From Vicugna vicugna (lineage: Eukaryota): DNA of 64,000 nucleotides. The notes beneath the pieces were generated by a model. The model ran no database searches, was not told the DNA's origin, and worked only from the letters and a program-made list of their open reading frames with translations. Positions 27,275 through 38,774 of the stretch are shown here, in pieces (the first letter of the stretch is position 1; each line of letters begins with the position of its first letter). The DNA lies in NCBI GenBank assembly GCA_013265495.1, contig PNXW01002946.1, positions 1-64,000 on the forward strand, given 5' to 3'. The translations under genes were made by a program, and so were the position numbers.

Positions 27275-28578
27275 GAACACATAGATTTATTTTGAAAATA
27301 CTATTAACTCTGTGTATTTATCTCATAGACAAGAAATGTTTTGTCTCAAAAATTCAAGGGCAAGCTGACTTTCATATTCAGGGCTAATTTTAAGATGTTA
27401 AGTTAAAAATCTTATTAGTGTAATATAACAAAAAAGAAAACTCAAGGCAGTCAAAGAAATGATCAAAGGAAAATTGCCAATTATCTGGAAGTTGAATTGC
27501 AAATCCTGGGTGAGAAAAGAAATTTTTCTGGTCTATATAAACTACTTTTCTCCTTCATAATGTATTACACAGCAAAACAGATATCACAGAGGGAGTCCTG
27601 TGAGACAGTGACAGCTCTCTCAAACATATGACCAATTTTGTTTAGTATAGTTACAAATTCCAAAATATTTTACTACTCTGACTATGCTATTATAACCCAT
27701 GTATCATAGGGTTTATGACAGATTTCAAGGCATGTCTGCTTATTGCTTATACAACCATCTTCCTGTATGTGTGTTCCAGCCAAGAAGCTTCACTGAAATT
27801 CTTTGGAGGAGTCATGGCTTATAAATAAATTTCTAGAGTTCATTGGAAAAGCTCAGAAAATATTTTCTCTACAAATAATAAATCTTGAATAGATGAAACA
27901 AATTTGCCAGTATACCATCTGCATTTCCAAGACTCTAAAAAGATTGTAAACACAGAGAAAAATACCCTTGAAACAAAAACTGGGATTAGGGAAGTTAATT
28001 AAAAAAAAGATGTAGACAAGCTTGAATATTCATTTCTAAGAAACTAACAACTGAATCTGTCCAGTCAAAACATAATAAAAATAAAGTCAGTAAGGAGTAG
28101 CAAGTCACATCACCAATAGTTTAAAAGAATGTATAAATCTTAATCTATAATAGTGATGCATTGTATATTACTGTGAGGCATGAGGTAGACATCAATAATG
28201 ACTTGTGTTTCTGACTTAAGTAATCAGACTGATGATGAGGTAGTCACTGAGTTCAAATTGAAAGATATTAACTTTGGCGTTAATAAAATTAATTGAGTTT
28301 AAGACATTCTGAATTATACATTTCTTCACAATATTGACATAATTGTCTAGGCACTGTTGAATCTCCAGGGGAGTTCAAACATAGAAATAAACTTACAGAA
28401 AAGACTGATACAGTCTAGGGAATTGTGCAAAATGAAGAAAAATGACATAGAGCAATATACACAACATCAACATTTGAGTTCAGAAAGAAAAGTAACTGTA
28501 AAGGAAACTAGAAGGATGAGACACAAATTTAGGAAGAAAATAATCAAAACAAGACGAGGTAAAAAATGTCATGGAATC

Positions 28579-28930
28579 TATTGTAGACTAAATATTTGTG
28601 TCCCCATATTATTCGTATGTTGCAATCTTGACTTTCAGTGTGTTGGTACTGGGAGTTAGGGCATTTGAAAAGTAATTAGTCTGAGTATGAAGTCCTCATG
28701 AATGGGATTAGAGCCATATAAAAGAGACCCTAAGGAGCTCTCTCTGCTTTCGTCTGTGTGAAGAAGAAAAAATGGCCATCTGCAAACTTTGAAGTGTGCC
28801 CTTTCCATACACCCAATCTGCTGGTTCCTTGATCTTGGACTTCATAGTTTATAAATCTAAGAAATTTCTGTTGTTTATAAATGATCCAGTCTATGGTATT
28901 CTGTTATATCAGCCCAAACGTATTAAGACA
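28579..28930 (+). mobile_element. MaLR solo LTR (MLT1A-like) within an L2-like relic
   Basis: Characteristic motifs TTTGTGTCCCC, CCTCATGAATGGGATTAG, CTTGATCTTGGACTTC, CCAGTCTATGGTATTCTGTTAT...AAGACA. Confidence 0.85.
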
Positions 28931-29750
28931 GAAGTCAAAAAAGAATCATACCAATAAACCACCTCAAGTGATACTGTGAAGATAAGTAAAAGAATTGAAA
29001 AAGGTTATGCAGTTTATTAATAAGTGACCTCAGCGAAGGTATTTTCAATAGAATGAAGGAAACATGATTTTTAAAGTATTTACAATCTACTTGCATCCTG
29101 CTTTCTAGGTTTATCACCCATTATTTTCTTACAAAATATGTTTATTCCAAGGAAACTGATAAGAATCAAGATAATCAGATAAAGATATGAATCAGTGTAT
29201 ACTGAACAACTTTACCATTTATCATCAGTCATGACAAGAGTGATAAATAATGTGCTCTTCTTTTTTCTTCACCTCTCAAATGTCTAACTAATCCTCAAAA
29301 TGTAGCATAAATGTTGCTTTTTTGCAAGATATTTCTTATATCCATAGATGAAAGTGATCTCATTTTTATGAATAAAATATAAACATTAATTCTAAGTTCA
29401 AGTATAAAATATAATGGCTACATAGCATTATCTCTTATCTCCAACATTTTAAAAACAGAATTATTTTATAATTATTATTCTATTGTCTTTGATTACTCTA
29501 GAATGCTTTTCAACGTCTTACAATAAGAGCCTTAAGATATTTTTAAATTGATATTGATCATATCTTTTGATACCATTCTCTTTCAATACATAAAAAAGTA
29601 CTTGATATGATATTGTCACATCATTTGAATCATGATTTTATTTTTATAACTTAAAAAATGTTATATGTCAGTTTATTTTTAATGAATAAGTAGTTGATAT
29701 ATATTATGTAAAGTCAAGGTTGTGATCCTGTCAAAAATCATAGTTTTATG

Positions 29751-30236
29751 TTTTTTGCTTTTTTTTCTTAGATATCACATATAAGTGCTCTCATATGGTA
29801 TTTTTCTTTCTCCTTCTGGCTTACTTCACTTAGAATGACATTCTCCAGGAGCATCCATGTTGCTGCAAATGGCGTTATATTGTTGGTTTTTATGGCTGAG
29901 TAGTATTCCCTTGTATAAATATACTACATCTTCTTTATCCAGGCAAACAAAGCATAAATACAAAACAGAAATAGACTTATAAACATAGAATACAAACTTG
30001 TGGTTGCCAAGGGGGCGGAGGGTGTGAAGTGATAGACTGGGATTTCAAAATTGTAGAATCGATACACAAGATTATACTGTATAGCACAGGGAAATATACA
30101 CAAGATTTTATGGTAGCTCACAGAGAAAAAATGTGACAATGAATATATATATGTTCATGTATGACTGAAGAAGTGTGCTTTACACTGGAATTTGACACAA
30201 CATTGTAAAATGATTATAAATCAATAAAACTTTTTT
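29751..30236 (+). mobile_element. 5'-inverted (twin-primed) young L1 with TSD
   Basis: Inverted part 29751-29941, forward 3' end 29942-30236. TSD AAAAATCATAGTT(T/C)TATG at 29733-29750 and 30237-30254. Confidence 0.92.
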
Positions 30237-31997
30237 AAAAATCATAGTTCTATGGTACAATTAACAGCATGTAAATAACAAAATCCTTAATATATTAGGT
30301 GATGTGTATTATACAAACAAAAACAATTCATAATTTAAACATTTCAACTCTTTGTGTTGGACCACTTGTATATCTCAATTAAGGACAGATCCTATAGGAA
30401 AAAGAAATGAGAAATATGATAACAAGTAACTCTCCCATAAATATATGTTCTATATGGCACTCACAAACTCTTTTAAAAAGCCTTTAATATTTCCAGTTTC
30501 TTGAGAAAATTGAGTTTTTAATCCACTTTAAAAAGCATATTAATAAAATATTTCATAAATTACTATTTCATCTTAGCATTTATATAATGAAGTGATACAA
30601 TTGTGTGATCTGAGATACAATACAAAATATTTTATACATGAATATGTTTATGTATCTATACATATCTAAAAATATACTAAGCTAATAAAAGTTGAAACTG
30701 AATATAAAAAAGCCCTTCAAGATCACGTAGATAACTTGTTTCTCTTAAACTCATAGAGTCAGAGAAATTTAAATGAAAAAAAAACAGAGCAACTACTCCC
30801 AAGTCAAAGAACAAGTGAAGTTCCCTGAAAGAACAGTGAATGGATCTCCCCAGTCTTCCAGATCCTGAATAAAGTAATTAAGAAAAACTACTGATAGAAA
30901 TGCAGATCACTGTAAAAATGAACTAGAAACTACAAAAAGGAACCAATAAAAATTAGACAACTCAATTGCTGAGGTAAAAACCAAGATAAAGGCAAAGAAT
31001 AGGAGACTAAATAATTTATAAGAACAAATAAGTGACCTGGAAAATAGAATAATGGAACTCACTCAATCAGAAAAACAAACAGACAAAAAAAAAAGGAAAG
31101 AAAGCAACATAGGAGATCTATGGAATAATATAAAAACTACTAACCTACAAATAATAGGGATCTCAGAAAGAGAAGAAAGAAAAAAAGGGATCAAAGATAT
31201 ATTTGAAGATACTATGGTTGAAAACTTCTCAAACCTAAAAAAGGAAAAATATATCCAGGTATAGAAGCACAGATAATGATAAATAAGGTGAAACCAAACA
31301 GAATTACATCTAGACATATCATAATTAAAATGGCAAGATGAAAGATTAAGAGACGATTCTAAAGGCAGTAAGAAGAAAAACAAAGTGTCAGTTACAAAGG
31401 AACTCCCATAAAGCTGACTTCTCTAAAGAAGCTTTGCAGGCCAAAAGGGAGTGACAAGATTTATTCAATGTCCTGAAAGAAAAAAAAAAAAACTGAAACC
31501 TAGGATACAGAGCAAGATTATAATTTAGAATAGAAAGAAAGATAAAGAATTTCTCAGACAGGCAAAAACTAAAAGAATAAAGCATTAATAAACCTAATGT
31601 AAAAAATATTGAAGGTTCTTTTATAAATAGAAAAGAATCAAGAATCTATAGAAAAAACAATGATAAGAAAGACAAACATATAGAAGGATTAAAAATCACT
31701 TACACGTCTAGTTCATAAATTAAAAAAATAAAAATGTTTGTGAAAGTGATTATAGCTACCATGAAGAATAAAAGGATAAACATAAAATCAAAATCATAAA
31801 ATGTGGGGCAAGGGATTAAGAGAATGTAGATCTTTTAGAATGTCTTTAAACTTACATGACTTTCAATCTAAAGCAAGTAGATAGAATTATGGGTTAACAA
31901 ACTTAAAATACAGGGTAACCACAAATCAAAAACATACAATAGATTCACAAAAAATAAAAAGAAACATAATCATAGTTTTAAAAAGAAGATTAAGAAA

Positions 31998-32135
31998 CCA
32001 CACACACACACACACACACAAAGAAGAAGAATAGGAATAGGAAGAGGAAGAAGGAGAAGAATAAGGAGGAGGAGGAGAAAAGGAGGAGGAGGAAGAGGAG
32101 GAGGAGGAAAGGGAGAAGAGGGAGAAGAAGAAAAG
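31998..32135. repeat. (CA)n followed by (GAR)n purine-rich repeat in the L1 inter-ORF spacer
   Basis: Read directly. Confidence 0.9.
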
Positions 32136-32952
32136 GACCAAATCTATCTGCAAAATATACTGGAAAACAAGGATATAATTGCAATAAGTACATACTAATC
32201 AATAATTACTTTAATGGCAGTGGGCAAAATGCTCTAATCAAAAGACATAGAGTGAGAACTTGGATAGTAAAACAAAAACATACAACATGTTGCCTACAAA
32301 AGACTCAGTTTAGGGTGAAAGACATATAGATTAAAAGTGAGAGGATGGAAAAAGGTATTTCATGCAAATGGAAACAACAAGAAAGTGGAGGTAGAAATAC
32401 TCATATCAGATGAAATACACTTTAAAACAAAAGTCATAAAGAAAGACAAAAAGGACACTATATGATGATAAAAGAATCAATATAAGAAACATATTTTACA
32501 CTCATTGACATGTATTTACCCAATATAGGAGAATGTAAATACATTTAAAAGTACTAATGGACATAAAGGAAGAAATTCATGGGAATGTGATAATAGTAGG
32601 AGACATAAACCCCCTACTGACATCAATGATCAGATCTTCCAGACAGGAAATCAGTCAGGCCACAGAAATCCTAAATAACACAAAAAGGCATATAGACTTA
32701 ATTGATATTTTCAGGACATTACATCAAAAAAAAACAAAAACAAAAACCCATAATACACATTATTTTCAAGAGTGCATGGAACATTCTTTAGGATAGACCA
32801 CATACTAGGACACAAAACAATCCTTACACTTTTAAGAGAATGGATTTTATTTCAATCATCCTTTCTGATCACAATGGTATAAAACTAGAAATCAACCACA
32901 GAAATTTTAAAAAGTCAAAAATAATTATATAGAGTCTAAACACCATGCAACT

Positions 32953-32954
<2 letters not shown>

Positions 32955-32987
<33 letters not shown>
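32955..32987. repeat. (CA)n microsatellite inside L1 ORF2
   Basis: Read directly. Confidence 0.95.
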
Positions 32988-32989
<2 letters not shown>

Positions 32990-34259
32990 GGGACACTGAT
33001 GAAATCAAAGAGAAAAATAAAAAATGACAATGAAAACACAACAAAATTTATGAGATGAAGTAAAATAATTCCTAAGAGGGAACTTGATAGCAATACAGGT
33101 ATTCCTCAAAAAACAAGAAAAATATCAAATAAACAACCTAAACTACTTCCTAAAAGACTTAGAGTAAGAAAAACAACCAAAATCTAAAGTCAGCAGAAGG
33201 AAATAGTAAAGGCAAAAAAGGAAATAAACAAAATAGAGATTAAAAAGTAATAGAAAAAGAAAACAAGACCTTGGTTTTTTGAAAGGATAAACAAAATCCA
33301 CAAAAATCTAGTCAAGCTTCTCAAGAAAAAAAGGGAGAGGAACCAAATAAACAAAAGAAAAAAATAGAGGAGAAATAATAACCAATAATACAGAAATATC
33401 AAAAACTATAAAAGAATATATGAACAATTATATGTCAAGAAAATGAGTAACAGAAGAAATGGACTAGTTTCTAGAAATATGCAGCTTTCCAAAGCTGAAT
33501 CAAGAAGAAATACATAATTTGAACAGTCAGTTACTAGAAGTGAAATAAAATTTAAAATGATAAAATCCCTGCATACAGAAGTCCAGGATTAGATGACTTC
33601 ACTGGGAAATTATAACAAACATATAAAGAAGAATTTATACTTATTCTTCTCAAACTTCTAAAAGATTGAAGATGATGGAACAATCCCAAACTTATTGTTT
33701 GAAGTCACCACCACCCTGATACTAAACTAGTCAAACAAATCAAAAAAACTATAAGGCAATATATTTCATGAATATAGATGCAAAAATTGTCAACAAAATA
33801 CTAGCAAACTGAACCCAACAACACATAAAAATCTATGATCAAATTGGATTCATTCCAGGGTTGCCAGGATATCTCAACATCAATCAATCAATCAATACAC
33901 CATATCAATAAAAGAAAAGTGAAAATCTCAATAAGTGTGATCACCTCAATACAAGCAGAAAAAGCATTTGATAAAATTCAACATCCACTGATGATAAAAA
34001 TTCTTACCAAAATGGATTATCTCAATATACTAAAAGCCATTTATGACAGACCCTCAGCCAATATAATACTAAATGGTTAAGACTGAAAGACTTCTTGCTA
34101 AATTCCAGAAAAAGGCAAGGATATCCACTACTACCACCTCTATTCAACACAATATTGTAAGTCGTAGCCACAGCAATTGGATAATTAAAATAAATACAAG
34201 TAACCAAATTGGAAGGGAAGAGGTAACACTGTCATTATATGTGGATAACACAATACTCT

Positions 34260-34706
34260 TGTAATAGAAAAGAACAAATCTGACTCTATATTAGAACTTT
34301 TCCCTTAACTTTAACCACTGTGCCCTGTTTTCTAGGCTTAGTCTTGCTAGCTCTGCACTCATGTAAAGATAAGAAAGTTGCAGAATAGAGAATAACATTT
34401 GTTTTGTTGGAGATTTTGCAGGAGCAACATGACCTGGCCCACATGGGCAGCAACAGGAACAAAGAATTTCTACACCAAGAAGTTTGCAATAACCAACCAC
34501 ACCCCCTCCCCTGTTTTTTGTTTTTGTTTTTGTATAAAAGAAGCCTATATTCTGACTGGAACAGGATGGTTATCCAAGACATTAGTCTGCCATCCTCTCA
34601 GTCTTCCAGCTTTCCAAATAAAGTCACTATTTCTTGCCCCAACACCTCGTCTCCCAATTTATTGGCCTGTCATTCAGTGAGCAGAATGAGTTTGAACTCA
34701 GTAACA
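34260..34706 (+). mobile_element. ERV1-class solo LTR inserted in L1 ORF2 RT
   Basis: Ends TGTAATAG...GTAACA. 4-bp TSD CTCT (34256-34259, 34707-34710). TATAAAAG at about 34533 and AATAAA at 34617. Removing it restores L1 ...[15 protein letters not shown]. Confidence 0.92.
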
Positions 34707-37395
34707 CTCTGCATAGAAAACCCTAAAGACTCCACACAAAAACTATTAGAATTAACAAGTGAATTCAACAAGGTAGCAGAATATAAGATTAATACACAGA
34801 AATCTGTTGCTTGTCTTTACACTAACAATGAAATATCAGAAAAGGAAAAATTTTAATTCCTTTTAAAACCATATCAAAAAATAAAATAATTAGGATTAAA
34901 CCTCATCAAGGAGATGAAAGGCTTATATGCTTAGAACTATAAAACATTGATAAAGTAAATAAAAGATGATTTAAAGAAATGGAAAGATACCCTATACTCT
35001 TTGATTTGAAATATTAACATAGTTAAAATGGCCATACTACCCAAATCAATCTATAAATTTAATGCAATTTCTATCAAATTATCCAAGACACTTTTCTCAG
35101 AACTAGAAAAATAATCTAAAATTTATATGGAACTACAGATGACCCACAATTGCCAATTCTATCCTGTGGGAAAAGAACAAAGCTGGATGCATAACCCTCC
35201 CAGACTTTAGCTAATACCACAAAGCTACAGTGATTAGAACTGTGTGATACCGAAACACAGATATATGGACCAATAGAACAGAATAGAGAGCCCAGAAATA
35301 AACCTACACACCTATGATCAATTAATCTTTGACAGTGGAGGCAAGAATATACAATGGAGAAAAGATAGTCTTTTCAGCAAGTAATATTGGGAAAGCTGGA
35401 AAGCCACATACAAATCAATAAAGTTAGAACACACCATCACACTATACAAACAAATTAACTCAAAATGGCTTAAAGACTTAAATATAAGGCACGACATCAT
35501 AAATCTCCTAGGAAAGAACATAGGCAAACACTTTCTGGCATAAATTCTCAGATCTCTCTTCCAAGGCAAAAGATATAAAAGGAGAAAAAAATAAATGGGA
35601 CCTAATCAAACCTCTGAGCTTTTGCATAGCAAAAGAAACCATAACAAAACAAAAAGACAATGTACAGACTGGTAGAAAATATTTGCAAATGATGCAATCA
35701 ATGAGGAGTTAATTTCCTCAAACAACTCATAAAACTCAATATTAAAAAAAAAAGAACCCTATCCAAAAAAAGGCAGAAGAACTTAAAGAGGCATTTCTAC
35801 AAAGAAGACACACAGATGGCCAGTAGGCACATGAAAAGGTGTTCAACATCACAAATTATCAGATAAATGTAAGTCAAAATTACAGTGAGGTATCACCTCA
35901 CACCAACCAGAATGGCCAACATCAAAAAGTTCACAAACGATAAATGCTGTAAAGGTTGTGGATAAAAGGGAACCCTCCTATACTGTTTCTTCATTTTCAT
36001 CAACGAATGAATGGATAAAGAAAAAGTGGTGTGTTTGTGTGTGTGTGTGTGTAATGGATTATTAATGTGCCATAAAAAATGAAATAATGCCATTTGCAGC
36101 AACATGATTGGACCTAGAGGTTATCACAGTAAGTGAAGAATGTCAGTCAAAGACAAATAATATATGATATTACATATATGTGAATTTAAAAAATAATAGA
36201 AATAAACTTATTTTAAAAACAGAAATGGGCTCACAGATATAGAAAACAAACTTATGGATACCAAAGGGGAAAGTGAGTATGTGATAAATTAGGAGCATGG
36301 AAATAAGAGATACAGACTACTGTTTAAAAAATAGATAAACAACAAGGTTCTACTGTAAAGCACAGTGAACTATATTCAGAATCTTATAATAACCTATAAT
36401 AGAAAAGACTATAAAAAAGAAAACAATATATACTTATATATGTACATATATAACTGAGTCACTTTTCTGCACATCTGAAATTAACACAATATTGTCAATT
36501 ATGTATACTTCAATTAAGAGAAAAAGTGGGATAATAGATAACTCTTTCATCAATATATGCCCCAACTGGCACACACAAAATTTTCTAAAATTTTTTTTAA
36601 TTTCCACTTCCTTGAGAAAATTGAATTTTCATTTCTCCTTTAGAACTAAATAATAAAATATTTCTTAAAATAATATTTTCCTCTTAATTTTTTATAGTGA
36701 AGCTATACTTCAGTGTAGAAAATAGAATAGTATGTACATTTTATGTATTATATATATGCATGTTTATCTGTGATACAGTATATATTGGACATGTATATTT
36801 TATGCATCTTTATGTATTTAATTATCTATTAAAGTGAAAAATAAAGCTAAATATGAAATTTTGTAATTTTTCCTCCACATTTTCACAACATACAAATTAA
36901 TAATTATGTTTAATTTAAAATATGAAGGACATACACTATGTTTAAAACATTTTAAAAGAGATAATGCACTCTTAGTGGTTGAATACAAACTAAAATAAGT
37001 TTCAAATTATCAAAAGTTTTTGTTTTCACCTTTAGGTTTCAAATTCCTTTTGCAAGTCTGTCTATTTTTAATCTTTGTGATATTTCTTTAGGTTAAATTT
37101 AATTTAATATTTGAGTATCAACTTTCATTGTTGAGCAAACATAATTATGCTTAATTGAATATGATGGCCTTGGGAAATACAAGTACAAATTCTTTGAGTA
37201 TTATGAAGTTTTGGAATTGGCCAGACTCTTCTTTTCCAGATAAGTACATTCAGAAAGATTACATTTAATTCTGTAGTATTAAAATGCTTATGATGGCAAT
37301 GCTGGGTACAGAAATAAGTCTCTTGACTTGGAGTCCATGGTTCTTCTATGGCATTATTTTGATATGAGTAAAATAAACATTCACAAGCATATAGA

Positions 37396-37486
37396 GGGGA
37401 GTGTATAGCTCAGTGGTAGACCATATACTTGGCATGCACGAGGTTCTGGGTTCAGTTCACAGCACCTCCAATAAAGGGAAAAAAAC
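37396..37486 (+). mobile_element. tRNA-Ala-derived SINE (camelid Vic-1-like) or tRNA retropseudogene
   Basis: GGGGAGTGTATAGCTCAGTGGTAGA (A box)...GCATGCACGAGG..CTGGGTTCAG (B box)...GCACCTCCA plus an A-rich tail. Confidence 0.8.
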
Positions 37487-38116
37487 ACTGCCTGTGTAAG
37501 CATAGCTAGCAATAAAATCATGAACAGGGAATTTTCTTTCTCAAAATTAGTATTTCAATGACTAGAATTGTGAAAAACTGTAATTCATTACATACAGTAT
37601 TTATTAATTTGATCAATTTTGTACACTTGGTATATTAAGTTTCCATTTTAATTTATATCCTAAAAATAGTATCATTTTTATTTAATATGAAGTATTAACA
37701 TAACATTTACTGTAACAAATTATAACAAAATTATATGTATTATTCTAGTTTCACAAGCAAGGTCAAGTAAGTTTAAAAAAGAAAAAATAAACTTTATTTG
37801 AAAAACAAAGATTTTAGAAAGATTTGGTCGATGTTTCTTGAACTTTGATTAGAGTTTTCTTTTTTTTTTAGTGAAGTAACTATTCTTTACAACACTCTAC
37901 TATTTGGTAAACTAAGACTGTTAAGCAAATGAACAAATGTAGTTTGTTATTACTCAGACTATATAATTTCTGCTTTGTGAAATAAGAAAGAAAATGTGTG
38001 TAATATGTTATCAGTAGTTTTATTTTATCTCTAATAATCCCGCATTTCTTGATTGTTGACAATATAATAGTCTTCAAGTGAGGCATAATGACAAAATACA
38101 TTTGTCATCTATTTTT

Positions 38117-38301
38117 TTGATTAATTGATTCATTGATGTATTCATTCATTTAGGCATGGTTCCCTGTACTATACAGAAGAAACTTTTTAAAATGTATTTT
38201 TATATATAGTGTCTAACATTTGTAAATCTCAAACTCCAAAATCTATCCCTTCTCACCCTCTTTCTCAGGTAACTGTTTACTATGCTTACTATGTCTGTAA
38301 G
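38117..38301 (-). mobile_element. Short L1 3'UTR insertion with 15-bp TSD
   Basis: TSD TTGTCATCTATTTTT at 38102-38116 and 38302-38316. Body matches the reverse complement of about 56060-56170. Confidence 0.85.
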
Positions 38302-38774
38302 TTGTCATCTATTTTTATTGGTAAGCTTCTACCATAAACTCTTGAGCTAATTTTCTTGCAATTTCCATGTACAAAACACCTAACAAAAATATTGTTATAA
38401 TATTGAATGTCAAGATAGCTTGTATATCTGCTAGATAGATATATGACTAAAATACCTAAGTTATTTCTAGGAGTTTTTTTAATTAAGAAAAATTAAAATA
38501 GATTAATTACTAAAGAAAAAGCAATATATACAGATGTACCACAAAAAAGTAAAAATAAAAATAAAGCAACAATATGGATCTAGAATAATGTTTGGGATAA
38601 TAAGCTCTGATTTTCAAAGAATAAATACTTAATCACAACACAAATCCAGCATTTTCCTTTTCCTAAACCAAAATGGAATTTAAAGTTTTCATTGACTGTC
38701 TAAATGGTAAGTACTTGACTCTGCTTCTTGGCTTTTTGGCCTCTTAAATTGAGTAGTGAATAAATTCATCAACT

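Larger units (their letters stand above)
30705..36520 (+). mobile_element. LINE-1 lacking most of its 5'UTR; decayed ORF1, ORF2 and 3'UTR
   Basis: ORF1 peptide at 31052-31264 (DLWNNIKTTNLQIIGISE). ORF2 peptides IIVGD.N.LL (32557), AEKAFDKIQHP (33835), [14 protein letters not shown] (about 34713). 3' end TATACTTCAATTAA at about 36515. Confidence 0.93.

Noticed and set aside
31926..32202. Ser-rich and Leu/Phe-rich ORFs
   Set aside because: Translations of (GAR)n and (CA)n microsatellites.
37396..37470. Functional tRNA-Ala gene
   Set aside because: Degenerate stems and B box, followed by an A-rich tail rather than a T-run terminator.
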